Shown piece after piece: positions 49,364 to 59,118 of a stretch of DNA of 64,000 bases (positions within the stretch are counted from its first letter, which is position 1; each line of letters starts with the position of its first letter). The translations under genes and the position numbers were made by a program. The notes beneath the pieces are model-generated. The model had not been told where the DNA came from, ran no database searches, and was given only the letters and a program-made list of their open reading frames with translations. The stretch comes from Lachnospiraceae bacterium (GTDB taxonomy: Bacteria; Bacillota; Clostridia; Lachnospirales; Lachnospiraceae): the NCBI GenBank assembly GCA_009774615.1, contig VSOC01000002.1:24003-88002 (forward strand), given 5' to 3'.

Positions 49364-50623
49364 ATGGGAATGACAATGACCCAGAAAATTCTGGCAGCCC
49401 ATGCGGGGCTTTCGGAAGTAAAGGCGGGGCAGTTAATTGAAGCGAACCTGGATTTGGTTCTTGGAAATGATATTACCTCTCCGGTAGCGATTAACGAGAT
49501 GAAAAAGATGGATAACCAAACCGTATTTGATAAGGATAAAATCGCCCTGGTTATGGACCATTTTATTCCGAATAAAGATATCAAGTCCGCCGAAAACTGT
49601 AAGTGCTGCCGGGATTTTGCAGGCGAGCACCGGATTACCAACTATTTTGACGTAGGGGAGATGGGAATTGAACATGCCCTTCTGCCGGAAAAAGGGTTGG
49701 TGGTTGCCGGGGATGCCGTGATTGGTGCGGATTCTCACACCTGTACCTACGGTGCCCTGGGCGCGTTTTCGACCGGCGTGGGCAGCACGGATATGGCGGC
49801 TGGAATGGTTACGGGAAAAGCCTGGTTTAAGGTTCCCTCCGCTATACGCTTTGAACTGGTGGGAAAGCCGGGCAAGTGGATTAGCGGCAAGGATGTGATT
49901 CTGCATATTATCGGGATGATTGGCGTGGACGGCGCGTTATACCAGTCGATGGAATTTACGGGCGAAGGAATTCAGTACCTGACCATGGACGACCGCTTTA
50001 CCATCTGCAATATGGCGATTGAAGCCGGAGGAAAGAACGGGATTTTCCCGGTGGATGACTTAGCCGCTGCCTATATGAAAGAACATTCCACGAAAGAATT
50101 TACGGTTTACCAGGCAGATGATGACGCTGAATATGAACAGACCTATACCATTGATTTATCGCAGTTAAAGCCCACAGTATCCTTCCCGCATCTTCCGGAG
50201 AATACAAAAACCATTGACGAGGTAGGAGAAATTGCGATCGATCAGGTGGTTATCGGCTCCTGTACCAATGGACGCATGGACGATATGCGTGCGGCGGCGC
50301 AGGTAATGAAAGGGAGAAAGGTAGCCAAAGGCGTGCGCTGCATCGTTATTCCGGCAACCCAGGCGATTTACTTACAGTCCATGCGGGAAGGGCTTCTGGA
50401 AACCTTTATTGAAGCCGGTGCCGTTGTCAGCACTCCGACCTGCGGGCCATGTCTGGGCGGTTACATGGGAATATTAGCTGCCGGGGAGCGCTGCATCTCG
50501 ACAACGAACCGAAACTTTGTGGGACGTATGGGCCATGTGGACTCCGAGGTTTATCTGGCAAGCCCGGCCGTAGCCGCAGCCAGCGCCGTACTGGGCCGCA
50601 TCGTCTGCCCATGCGAATTGTAG
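49364..50623 (+). CDS. leuC: 3-isopropylmalate dehydratase large subunit
   Basis: [41 protein letters not shown]. Confidence 0.93.
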   Translation: MGMTMTQKILAAHAGLSEVKAGQLIEANLDLVLGNDITSPVAINEMKKMDNQTVFDKDKIALVMDHFIPNKDIKSAENCKCCRDFAGEHRITNYFDVGEMGIEHALLPEKGLVVAGDAVIGADSHTCTYGALGAFSTGVGSTDMAAGMVTGKAWFKVPSAIRFELVGKPGKWISGKDVILHIIGMIGVDGALYQSMEFTGEGIQYLTMDDRFTICNMAIEAGGKNGIFPVDDLAAAYMKEHSTKEFTVYQADDDAEYEQTYTIDLSQLKPTVSFPHLPENTKTIDEVGEIAIDQVVIGSCTNGRMDDMRAAAQVMKGRKVAKGVRCIVIPATQAIYLQSMREGLLETFIEAGAVVSTPTCGPCLGGYMGILAAGERCISTTNRNFVGRMGHVDSEVYLASPAVAAASAVLGRIVCPCEL

Positions 50624-50695
50624 AACGGTTATCGTGAACGTATGTAGAACGGTTACGTGGACGCATGTAGAACGGTTACGTGGACGCATGTAGAA
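50620..50695 (+). repeat. About 3.3 copies of a 23-24-bp tandem repeat starting at the leuC stop codon
   Basis: GTAGAACGGTTACGTGGACGCAT units at 50620, 50644 and 50667, partial at 50690. Confidence 0.9.
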
Positions 50696-50730
50696 AGTAT
50701 CGTTAAATCAGAATATAAGGAGAAATATTT

Positions 50731-51219
50731 ATGGAAGCAAAAGGTCATGTGTTTAAATATGGAGATAATGTAGATACCGATGTTATCATCCCTGCCCGCT
50801 ATCTGAACGCGACAAAGGGCGAGGAGCTGGCAAAGCACTGCATGGAGGATATTGACAAAGAATTCGTCCATAAGGTAGAAGCCGGGGATATTATTGTGGC
50901 AAATAAAAACTTTGGCTGCGGTTCTTCCCGCGAACACGCGCCGCTGGCGATTAAGTGCGCCGGAGTAAGCTGTGTGATTGCCGAAACCTTTGCCCGGATT
51001 TTTTACCGGAATGCGATTAATATCGGGCTTCCGATTATCGAATGTCCTGAAGCTGCCAAAGCAATCCAGGCAGGCGACGTCGTTAAGGTGGATTTTGACA
51101 GTGGAGTAATTACCGATGAAACCACAGGTCAGTCCTTCACCGGTCAGGCATTCCCGCCCTTTATGCAGGAAATTATTACTGCTGGAGGTCTGGTCAGCTA
51201 TATTAATAAGAAGGCATAG
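50731..51219 (+). CDS. leuD: 3-isopropylmalate dehydratase small subunit
   Basis: [35 protein letters not shown]. Confidence 0.94.
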   Translation: MEAKGHVFKYGDNVDTDVIIPARYLNATKGEELAKHCMEDIDKEFVHKVEAGDIIVANKNFGCGSSREHAPLAIKCAGVSCVIAETFARIFYRNAINIGLPIIECPEAAKAIQAGDVVKVDFDSGVITDETTGQSFTGQAFPPFMQEIITAGGLVSYINKKA

Positions 51220-51285
51220 GAATCGGCCGAAGTAGTTGACATAAAATAAAATATTTTTTTTACATAAGCAATGAGATGAAAAAAA

Positions 51286-51313
51286 TGTAACAAAAACGTA
51301 ACATTTATGTAAC
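51286..51313 (+). promoter_or_regulatory. Triple direct repeat resembling OmpR-family (WalR-type) boxes
   Basis: TGTAAC-N5-CGTAAC-N5-TGTAAC upstream of a TTGACC-N18-TATAAT promoter (51438-51467) for a cell-wall hydrolase. Confidence 0.55.
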
Positions 51314-51558
51314 AATAATTTGCAGCAGGACGTTTGTTTTTTTAAGAAAAAGCAGCCTTTGTTTGATCAATATTTCCAAAAACGAAAAAAATAAGGTTTT
51401 ATCGAAACAAAAAAATGCCGAAAATAAAGCTGTGCTATTGACCATTGAAAACCAAATCCCATATAATGTGCCCGTTACCCGCTGAAATGTGCAGAAAGTG
51501 GGGGAATACCCATGAAAAGAAGCACAAAAGGATAGAAAAGAGGGGAATGAGGTAAATT

Positions 51559-52326
51559 ATGTTAAAAAAATGGCATTGGATAACTAAAGCATCTGCCGGA
51601 GCCATCCTGGTTTTCGTGCTTGGATGTCTTCCGGCTGGTTTTACAAAAGCCAAACCATATGTAACATCGGATGATGCAGAAGCAAAACGGTATGTAATAT
51701 CGGATGATGCAGAAGACGGGCAGCATAGCCGGATTGACTTTGCAGAAACAGAACAGGATGTACAAACGGAATTTGCAGCAGTTTATGCACAGCCAAAGAT
51801 AAACTTGATGATACGGAGAACAAAGGAAGAGGAAAGTACGCAAAAAGAACAAATGCCGGAAATATTAGCAGAAACAGCGAAAGAAGAAGCAGACAGGCAG
51901 GAAACGAAGGAAAACAATAAGGAAGAAAAAAACACCGGACGGCCCAGTACTTTCTGCACGGCAAAGGACTATCAGGTTCTGTTAAATATTGTCCAGGCAG
52001 AGGCGGGCGGCTGTAATGCCATAGGAAAGATTTTAGTAGCGAATGTCATCCTTAACCGGGTGAAAAGTGAACTCTTTCCGGATACCATTACCGACGTTGT
52101 CTATGAAAAATCACAGTTTTCCCCGGCAATGAACGGAACCATTGACCAGGTAAAAGTAAGCGACAGTACGGAAAAAAGTGTAATACGTGCCTTAAGCGGG
52201 GAAGATTATTCCCAGGGCGCTCTTTACTTTATGAACCGTCGTTCGTCCCAGTCGGGAAATACAAGCTGGTTTGATCGAAAGCTGACTTATCTGTTTCAGT
52301 ATGAAGGTCATGAATTTTTTAAATAA
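51559..52326 (+). CDS. Cell wall hydrolase (SleB/CwlJ Hydrolase_2 domain)
   Basis: IVQAEAG, VANVILNRV...FPDTI..VVY...QFSP, GALYF, GHEFFK, N-terminal signal/anchor. Confidence 0.9.
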   Translation: MLKKWHWITKASAGAILVFVLGCLPAGFTKAKPYVTSDDAEAKRYVISDDAEDGQHSRIDFAETEQDVQTEFAAVYAQPKINLMIRRTKEEESTQKEQMPEILAETAKEEADRQETKENNKEEKNTGRPSTFCTAKDYQVLLNIVQAEAGGCNAIGKILVANVILNRVKSELFPDTITDVVYEKSQFSPAMNGTIDQVKVSDSTEKSVIRALSGEDYSQGALYFMNRRSSQSGNTSWFDRKLTYLFQYEGHEFFK

Positions 52327-52405
52327 CCCTATAAACGAATCCAAAAAACCTGATGAAATAACCCAGTGAAGTAACTCCAACCAGTGAACTAACGCTAATA
52401 AAGAA

Positions 52406-52437
52406 TGACAAATGTCACGCCCAAAGTGACACTTGAC
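52406..52437 (+). promoter_or_regulatory. Palindromic operator, probably for the downstream NarL-type regulator
   Basis: TGACAAATGTCA perfect palindrome plus a second TGACA half-site 21 bp later. TATAAT at about 52463. Confidence 0.55.
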
Positions 52438-52529
52438 CTCTGGGAGAATATGCATTTTTCCCCTATAATTATCGTAAGAAGAGAGAACGAAGAGTAATCA
52501 GTAAAACGATAAAGAAAGGGGATAAAAAG

Positions 52530-54266
52530 ATGAGTATATATTCTGTAGTTGTTATCTGGCTGCTTGCACCGTTGATTGAACTGGGTGTGATTGCCTGGCT
52601 TGCGTCGGAACGGGCTCATTATAAACGTCTTCTTGAAGAATCCGCAGGAAAAGGGGCGCAGAAAATACCTTCCGGGCAGAAAAATTTATATACATCTTAT
52701 GGGAGCTGGCCGACGCAGATGCAGGATTCACCGCTTCAGGCACAGACGCAGGAAAGCCGGCCTCTGCCTTTACAGGTACAGACACAAAAGGCACAGGAAC
52801 CGAAAGGAAAGCCCGAGCGTATGCCGAAGAAAGCCAATCTGGGAACGATTGCTTTAATTCTGGGAATGATTTTTATTGTGCTGGCGGGAGTTATCTTTGC
52901 AACGACGACCTGGAAGATTATGGAAGACGGCAGTAAGGTGCTATTTATCTTTGCATCAGCGGTACTGTTTTTTGGGGCAAGCGGGATAGCGAAAAAGTGG
53001 TTTGGTATTCGTAAAACCAGCAATGCCTTTTATCTTCTGGGCAGTATTTTCCTGTTTTTATCGGTTGTGGCAGCCGCCTATTTTCAGGTGCTTGGAACGA
53101 CGTTTGTCCTGATAGGGCAGAACCGCTGGAAGGTTTTATGGGTGGGAAGCCTTGTCATGGAAGCAGCTTTTCTGGTGGGACTTAAAGGGTTTAAAGAAAA
53201 GATGTATGTGCAGGCAAGTCTTTGGGGCATGAGTGTTAGTATGCTGTTTCTGGCAAAGGCTCTGCAGATAAGCTGGGCAGATTTTGTTTCCCTGATGACC
53301 CTGTATGCCTTTATCCTTCTTTTGTTTGTCTTAAAAACGGGGAAGAAAAAATCGGCGGCTTCGGTATTTGCCCATCTTCATTTTTGGATATTTGGTGCAG
53401 CGACGATGCTTTGGAGTCTTCTTTCGATTAGCAGGTTTGCTTCTTTTAAGATGCTTGGTCTTATCGCTTTGGGTGCTGTGGCTGCTGGTATGCGTTGTCT
53501 TCGGCAGAGGGAGAAAAAAACGGTTTATGAGGTGTTCTACCTTATCTCGGTTGCCCAGTTCTGCCCCTATGCATCGATGTTTCTGGGCAATAAATTCCTT
53601 TCGGCAGAGCTTATTTCTATCATCCTTCTGGCTGTTCTTGCCCTGTGGGATGTCTGGAAAAAGGATGGACTGGAACTTGTGCTGCTGATGATGAGCGGGA
53701 TTGCGCCATTGTATTTTTATCTGGAACAGGGAACGGATGTCTGGTGGTTTGTCTACACGCTCTTTCTGGCCCTTTATCTGTTCCGTTACCGAAAGGATGG
53801 AAACTGGAGAAAACCGGCATTGTCGGCTTCGGCCTTCCTTTTCGTCCTGGCTTTCTGGGGGCAGTCCTTTATCGACTGGCCGGACTGGATAGCCCTGGAA
53901 TGCAACCTTCTGCCTGCGGCTTTCTGGATCTGGGCCATGGGAGAAATCTGGGGAAAGGGCTGCGGCATCAGGCAGATGCAGAATATCGGCTACGCAGCCT
54001 GTCTGGGAATTCTGGTCTGGGATGCCTACAGCGGAGGAATGATTGTGGATGCACTGCTTGTCGAAGGGTGCTGCCTGGCGGTTTTTGTCTTCAACCAGAT
54101 GAAAAAAAATGTCTGGTGGGTGAGGATTTCCGGATGTTTAATGCTTTTCATCGTCCTGCTGATGACCAAGGATTTCTGGATGAGTATTTCCTGGTGGATT
54201 TATCTTCTGGCTGTGGGGATTGGATTAATTCTTTTTGCCGCAGTGATTGAAAAGAAGAAACCGTAA
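52530..54266 (+). CDS. Large polytopic membrane protein of unknown function (DUF2157-like N-terminal part)
   Basis: Many hydrophobic segments, LILGMIFIVLAGVIFATTTW motif, first gene of the two-component operon. Confidence 0.75.
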   Translation: MSIYSVVVIWLLAPLIELGVIAWLASERAHYKRLLEESAGKGAQKIPSGQKNLYTSYGSWPTQMQDSPLQAQTQESRPLPLQVQTQKAQEPKGKPERMPKKANLGTIALILGMIFIVLAGVIFATTTWKIMEDGSKVLFIFASAVLFFGASGIAKKWFGIRKTSNAFYLLGSIFLFLSVVAAAYFQVLGTTFVLIGQNRWKVLWVGSLVMEAAFLVGLKGFKEKMYVQASLWGMSVSMLFLAKALQISWADFVSLMTLYAFILLLFVLKTGKKKSAASVFAHLHFWIFGAATMLWSLLSISRFASFKMLGLIALGAVAAGMRCLRQREKKTVYEVFYLISVAQFCPYASMFLGNKFLSAELISIILLAVLALWDVWKKDGLELVLLMMSGIAPLYFYLEQGTDVWWFVYTLFLALYLFRYRKDGNWRKPALSASAFLFVLAFWGQSFIDWPDWIALECNLLPAAFWIWAMGEIWGKGCGIRQMQNIGYAACLGILVWDAYSGGMIVDALLVEGCCLAVFVFNQMKKNVWWVRISGCLMLFIVLLMTKDFWMSISWWIYLLAVGIGLILFAAVIEKKKP

Positions 54267-54288
54267 AGTAATAGGGGGAATAGGTAAG

Positions 54289-55917
54289 ATGACAGCAGTT
54301 TTACTTCAGTTTGCTTATCTTTGGGCAATCGGGTTCTGCCTTTATACCTCGGGCTGGCTGATTTTGCGGGCAGACAGGAATCGGACAACGATGTCCCTGG
54401 CTGCCTGCCAGCTTTTAATTATTATCTGGTGTGTTCCGCAGCTTTTTCTTTCTCTTCCCATGAGCCGGGAGATAAAGTATCTTCTCTATGGGATTTCCTA
54501 TCTTGGCATAAGCTTTATCGGTTCTTTCTGGCTTTTATTTTCCTTTTTTTACTGTCAGCGCCCGATAAGGCTTTGGTCAAAAATCCTGCTTTTTGGCGTA
54601 TCCCTGACGGACTACGCCATGTTTTTAACTAATGAAGGACATCATTTTTTTTACCGGGTTTTTGCCGTAGATCATGTGGTTTACGGGCCGGTTTTTTATG
54701 TGCACATGCTTTTTACCTATGCCTGCGTTTTCTTGGGTATAGGTGTGGTGCTTGCGTGTTTTCGGAAAAAACAGGTGGCGGTGCTTCACATGCTGGTGAT
54801 TATCCTGGCGGCGGCCATTCCTCTGGGATTTAATCTTTTGTATCTGTCCGGAGTAGTAAAAGCCGGATTTGATTTAACGCCGCCGGCTTTTGCTTTAAGC
54901 AGTTTTTTTATGCTGGTGGCTGTTTTTCGGTATGATTTTCTTGATATCCACGTCCTTGCTTTTGAACGCATTTTTTCAGCCATATCCGAAGGCGTGGTGG
55001 TGTATAATAAGCGGGGCATGATCACTTATTTAAATCCGGCCGCAAAAAACTGGCTCGGGGTTAAAAAAGGGGATGACGGGAGAACATTGTGCGAAGAACT
55101 TGAACGAATGGCGAAAGCGTGGAAAAGAGAAAATGAAGCTTTGCCGGGATTAGAAGAGGAAAAGGATCTGCTGGCCCTTCCTACAGGAGAGAAACTTCGC
55201 CTTAAGCACTATCCCCTTCGGAACAAACAGGGAGAGGAAACGGCGCAAATCCTGCTCCTGACCGATGTCGGGGAATATTTTGAACTGCTCAGACAGAACC
55301 GGGAACTGGCGGTTTCCGAACAGCGCCTGGCCATTGCCCAGGAGAGAAACCGGATTGCACAGGAAGTCCACGATACAACAGGCCACACACTGACGATGAT
55401 TTCTTCTTTAGTGAAATTAAGCCGTATTGCCTGTGAAGACGGCAGCGGCGGCAGCATAGAAGATTATTTAAATCAGGCCCAGGAACTGGCTTCCCAGGGA
55501 ATTAAAGAACTTCGCTGTTCCATTAACCATCTGCGTCAGGGAAATGACCGGGAACTGGTGACGGAGGGTATTTTCCAGCTTACCCGGAGGATAAAAGAGA
55601 TTGAAGTCGAAGTAGAACTCCAGGGAGAGGACGGCGAGAGATATTCCCATTTATCTTCCGTCATCTGCCGGTGTCTGCGGGAGGCGGTTACCAACTGTTT
55701 AAAATATGCCCGGGCAACACACATGGATGTTATCGTGAAATTTGGAAAGAATGATTTAAGTCTGTATGTTTTTGACAATGGACAGGGCTGCGCACGGATT
55801 GAAGAGCACAATGGTATCCGGGGAATTCGGGAACGAGTGGAAAAGGCCGGGGGGCAGGTGCGCTTTATTTCCGCAGAAGGCGAGGGATTTCAGATGGTGA
55901 TCCAGCTTCCCCTGTAA
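54289..55917 (+). CDS. Sensor histidine kinase (N-terminal 7TM, PAS-like domain, HisKA_3)
   Basis: Seven TM segments, EGVVVYN...YLNPAA, ERNRIAQEVHDTTGH, REAVTNCLKY, DNGQG, GIRGIRERV. Confidence 0.92.
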   Translation: MTAVLLQFAYLWAIGFCLYTSGWLILRADRNRTTMSLAACQLLIIIWCVPQLFLSLPMSREIKYLLYGISYLGISFIGSFWLLFSFFYCQRPIRLWSKILLFGVSLTDYAMFLTNEGHHFFYRVFAVDHVVYGPVFYVHMLFTYACVFLGIGVVLACFRKKQVAVLHMLVIILAAAIPLGFNLLYLSGVVKAGFDLTPPAFALSSFFMLVAVFRYDFLDIHVLAFERIFSAISEGVVVYNKRGMITYLNPAAKNWLGVKKGDDGRTLCEELERMAKAWKRENEALPGLEEEKDLLALPTGEKLRLKHYPLRNKQGEETAQILLLTDVGEYFELLRQNRELAVSEQRLAIAQERNRIAQEVHDTTGHTLTMISSLVKLSRIACEDGSGGSIEDYLNQAQELASQGIKELRCSINHLRQGNDRELVTEGIFQLTRRIKEIEVEVELQGEDGERYSHLSSVICRCLREAVTNCLKYARATHMDVIVKFGKNDLSLYVFDNGQGCARIEEHNGIRGIRERVEKAGGQVRFISAEGEGFQMVIQLPL

Positions 55918-55937
55918 GTTTAGTGGAGGAAAAACGG

Positions 55938-56594
55938 ATGATTCGTGTAGTAATTGCTGATGATATTCAGATTCTGCGCCAGGGACTGAAGGCGATTTTA
56001 AGTCAGGATAAGGAAATCGAGGTGACGGGTCTGGCTTCGGACGGAAAAGAGGCATTTGAACTCTGTAAACGGCAGCATCCGGACGTGGTTCTCATGGATA
56101 TGCGTATGCCGGAGTACGACGGAAGCTGGGGAATTTCGGCGATAAAAAAGCATTTCCCGCAGATTCGTGTTATGGTACTTACCACCTTTGACGATCAGGA
56201 AACCGTGGACGCCGCGATTCATAGCGGGGCAGACGGCTATATTTTAAAGGAAATGGAAGACGAGAAGCTTATCCGGGCCGTAAAAACGGTTTACGGGGGA
56301 ATCCGGGTCTTTGGGGACAGTGTTTTTGAGGGAATCCGCCAGAAGCTGGACGGATATAAGGGAGGGAGAAAAGACAGAGGAGGAGCGCCGCTTCCTGAAC
56401 TGACATCCAGGGAAAAGGATATTATGCGCTGTGTGGCGGAGGGGATGGATAACCGGGAAATTGCCGCAAAACTGTTTCTTGCCGAGGGAACGGTGCGCAA
56501 TAATCTTTCACGTCTTCTGGATAAATTAAATCTAAAAGATCGGACACAGCTTGCGGTATTTGCCGTAAAAAACCATCTGGATGAGGCGTTTTAG
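55938..56594 (+). CDS. NarL/LuxR-family response regulator
   Basis: IADD, LMDMRMP, LTTFD, LTSREKDI...GMDNREIA..LFLAEGTVRN. Confidence 0.95.
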   Translation: MIRVVIADDIQILRQGLKAILSQDKEIEVTGLASDGKEAFELCKRQHPDVVLMDMRMPEYDGSWGISAIKKHFPQIRVMVLTTFDDQETVDAAIHSGADGYILKEMEDEKLIRAVKTVYGGIRVFGDSVFEGIRQKLDGYKGGRKDRGGAPLPELTSREKDIMRCVAEGMDNREIAAKLFLAEGTVRNNLSRLLDKLNLKDRTQLAVFAVKNHLDEAF

Positions 56595-56669
56595 GGTAAA
56601 AGTTTAGGGTAAAAGTTAAAAATAATAAAGACAGAATGCAAAAAACATGGTATGATGGGTGTACAAAGC

Positions 56670-56689
56670 GTTGCTGTGTGAACAGTAAC
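56670..56689 (-). mobile_element. 20-bp minimal GTTAC element
   Basis: GTTGCTGTGTGAACAGTAAC, the 26-bp unit with 6 bp deleted. Flanks TACAAAGC and GACAAAGG (6/8). Confidence 0.6.
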
Positions 56690-56758
56690 GACAAAGGCGG
56701 GCATAAAAATTTTTCTTTGCGCCTGTCTTCAAGAACAATAGATAGGATGTTGAAACCC

Positions 56759-58291
56759 ATGAATGAAAGTAAAGCGTATTTACCGAGGATAAAGGGCAGA
56801 TGTACTGCTTGGGTGCTTTGCCTGGTTCTTTTTTTGCAGTCCCTGATGGTGATTTCGGCCCATGCCGCGCCGCAGTGGCCGTATGACACGGGAATCGAGG
56901 CAGAGGCGGGAATCGTGATAGATGCGGATACGGGAGCCGTACTTTACGGACAGAATCTTCACCGCACCTATGCTCCGGCCAGTATTACCAAGATTTTAAC
57001 CGCACTGGTTGTTATTGAAAACTGTGCGTCCCTGGACGATGTTGTGACCTTTTCTCATGATGCCGTCTACGATGTGGAATCCGGCAGCGGAAATGCCCTG
57101 GCTCTGGAAGAGGGGGATCAGCTTACGGTACGGGACTGTCTTCACGCCCTTTTGCTGCGATCGTCCAACCAGGCGGCGAATGCCCTGGCGGAATATATTG
57201 CCGGAAGCAGAGAAGCTTTTGTGGCAATGATGAATGAAAAAGTCCGTTCCCTTGGCTGTTTGCAGGAAGAATGTAACTTTGCCAACCCTTCCGGGTTAAA
57301 CGACGAAAATCAGTATGTTTCTCCCTATACTATGGCAAAAATCGGACAGGCTGCCTTTGCCAATGAAACTCTGATGGAAGTGAACGCGGCAACCAGCTAC
57401 CAGATTGATCACACCATCAACCATCCCGACGGACTGCGGGTGGAGATGGAGCACAAGCTTTTAATTACCACGGACGAAGGAAGCGAATACTATTATCCGC
57501 GTGCAGTTGCCGGAAAAACCGGCTGGACGTCCATTGCCGGAAATACCCTGATAACCTGTGCCAAAGACGGCGACAAGACCTTAATCAGCGTGGTTTTAAA
57601 AAGCCGTCAGACCCATTATTCGGATACCATTGCCCTGTTAAACTTTGGTTTTCGGAATTTCCAGAACCTGGATTCCACAGGTGCAGAAGCTGGTTTTTTT
57701 GATCCGGAGGGCAATCTTACGGTTGACGGAAAGACCTATGCGAGAAGTGATCTGGACATCCAGGGAAGCCGTCTGGTTACGGTTCCCTTAAATGCAACAC
57801 TGGCGGATACCCAGATAGCCCTGGTCACGAAAGAAGCGATGCAGCTTCCGTATCCTGAGGGAGCGATCGGGGAAATTCGTTTTTCGTATAATGAAAGAAT
57901 CGTGGGAAGCAGCTATTTTGTTCCTAAACCCGAAGAAACCGCTCCGGAAGAAACCCTGCCGGCAGAATTAGAGGGAAGCGGAGATGCCGCAGGGGATGAA
58001 GATGCAAGTCCTTCGGAGAGCGAGTCCATGGAGGCTTCGGGGCAGCCGGAAAATCCTGCAAAGCCAAAGATAAATCTGCCGCTGGATAAGCTGATTTTCG
58101 TCCTTCCCGTAGCCGGAGGGATTGCTGTTTTGGCAGGAATTATCGTCTGGTCGGGAAAGAAAAAGAAAGAGCGGCTTCAGTTAGAAGAAGAGCGCCGCCA
58201 GAAGAGGAAGAAGCGTCTGGAAGAAATCGGTTATACCGAGGAAGATTTCCAGCGTATGCTGGAAGAGAGGAACAGAGAAAGGGGCAGATAA
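56759..58291 (+). CDS. D-alanyl-D-alanine carboxypeptidase (peptidase S11) with a C-terminal membrane anchor
   Basis: PASITK (SxxK), SSN (SxN), KTG, FANPSGL. Start codon uncertain. Confidence 0.9.
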   Translation: MNESKAYLPRIKGRCTAWVLCLVLFLQSLMVISAHAAPQWPYDTGIEAEAGIVIDADTGAVLYGQNLHRTYAPASITKILTALVVIENCASLDDVVTFSHDAVYDVESGSGNALALEEGDQLTVRDCLHALLLRSSNQAANALAEYIAGSREAFVAMMNEKVRSLGCLQEECNFANPSGLNDENQYVSPYTMAKIGQAAFANETLMEVNAATSYQIDHTINHPDGLRVEMEHKLLITTDEGSEYYYPRAVAGKTGWTSIAGNTLITCAKDGDKTLISVVLKSRQTHYSDTIALLNFGFRNFQNLDSTGAEAGFFDPEGNLTVDGKTYARSDLDIQGSRLVTVPLNATLADTQIALVTKEAMQLPYPEGAIGEIRFSYNERIVGSSYFVPKPEETAPEETLPAELEGSGDAAGDEDASPSESESMEASGQPENPAKPKINLPLDKLIFVLPVAGGIAVLAGIIVWSGKKKKERLQLEEERRQKRKKRLEEIGYTEEDFQRMLEERNRERGR

Positions 58292-58304
58292 TCTGCCCCT
58301 TTTT
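58278..58304. terminator. Bidirectional terminator overlapping the stop codon
   Basis: AAAGGGGCAGA-TAA-TCTGCCCCTTTTT. Confidence 0.8.
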
Positions 58305-58332
58305 AAAGCCTTTTTAAAGCTTATGGATGTTT

Positions 58333-59070
58333 TTACGGCTCTAAAACTTCACTTAACACATTCTGCGGCTCATCGATAAAGACCAGATCCGCCTGTTTAT
58401 CCAGAAAATGTGCCCTCTGGTGTACGATAATGATTTCTTTTCCGTCAAAATACCGGATATAGTTGGAAAACAGTTCAGAATTCATATTTGTTCCCAGAAG
58501 AATCAGCAGTTCCGCCTTCTCCATCTCCACCGTGGCCCTCGTCATGACCTGGCTGTCAACCATTTCTCCAAAGAGGGAAACGAGGGGGCGGACGACCGAA
58601 TGGCAGTGCTCGCACCGGGGAATGGTTTTGGCCTGCATAATATAATCCAGGGAATACTCCTTATGACAGTGCGGGCACCAGTTTTTGTAAATGCTTCCGT
58701 GAAGATTAATCACATTCCTGCAGCCGCACTGCTGGGCAATCTCATAGATATTTCCCGTGATAATGCAGTCAAGCTTTCCTTCTTTTTCCAGCCGGGCCAG
58801 GGCATTACCGGATTTTGTCGGCTTCTGCCTTGCGCTTAAAATTTCTTTCTTGTAAAACTCAAAAAATTTCTCCGTGCGGGTATTGTAGTAGGCGCTGGAA
58901 AAAATATATTCCGGGGAAACGCCGTAGGCTTGTTCAATGGCATAGGCCCGCTCATCGTCCCGGATAACCGGGGTTCCCCCTTCTTCCATCATCCCTGAAC
59001 CACAAAGTGCTACCGTATAGTGGCTTTTTTCCAACAATGACTTAAATTTTTCAATTTCTTTTCTTGCCAT
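58333..59070 (-). CDS. Divergent Sir2/sirtuin-family protein
   Basis: LHGS, CPHC..CEHC zinc site and RPLVSLFGE present. NAD-binding motifs are altered. Confidence 0.85.
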   Translation of the reverse strand: MARKEIEKFKSLLEKSHYTVALCGSGMMEEGGTPVIRDDERAYAIEQAYGVSPEYIFSSAYYNTRTEKFFEFYKKEILSARQKPTKSGNALARLEKEGKLDCIITGNIYEIAQQCGCRNVINLHGSIYKNWCPHCHKEYSLDYIMQAKTIPRCEHCHSVVRPLVSLFGEMVDSQVMTRATVEMEKAELLILLGTNMNSELFSNYIRYFDGKEIIIVHQRAHFLDKQADLVFIDEPQNVLSEVLEP

Positions 59071-59118
59071 AACCTTATCGTCCCCCTTTTTTATATTTTT
59101 CGTGCTGTTTGTGTGTGT

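Noticed and set aside
50620..50695. Possible mini CRISPR array
   Set aside because: The repeats are contiguous with no unique spacers, and there are no cas genes in the window.
51478..51512. c-di-AMP (ydaO) riboswitch before the cell-wall hydrolase
   Set aside because: Only a GCTGAA...GGGGGAA resemblance to the 5' part. The leader is too short and the 3' conserved elements are absent.
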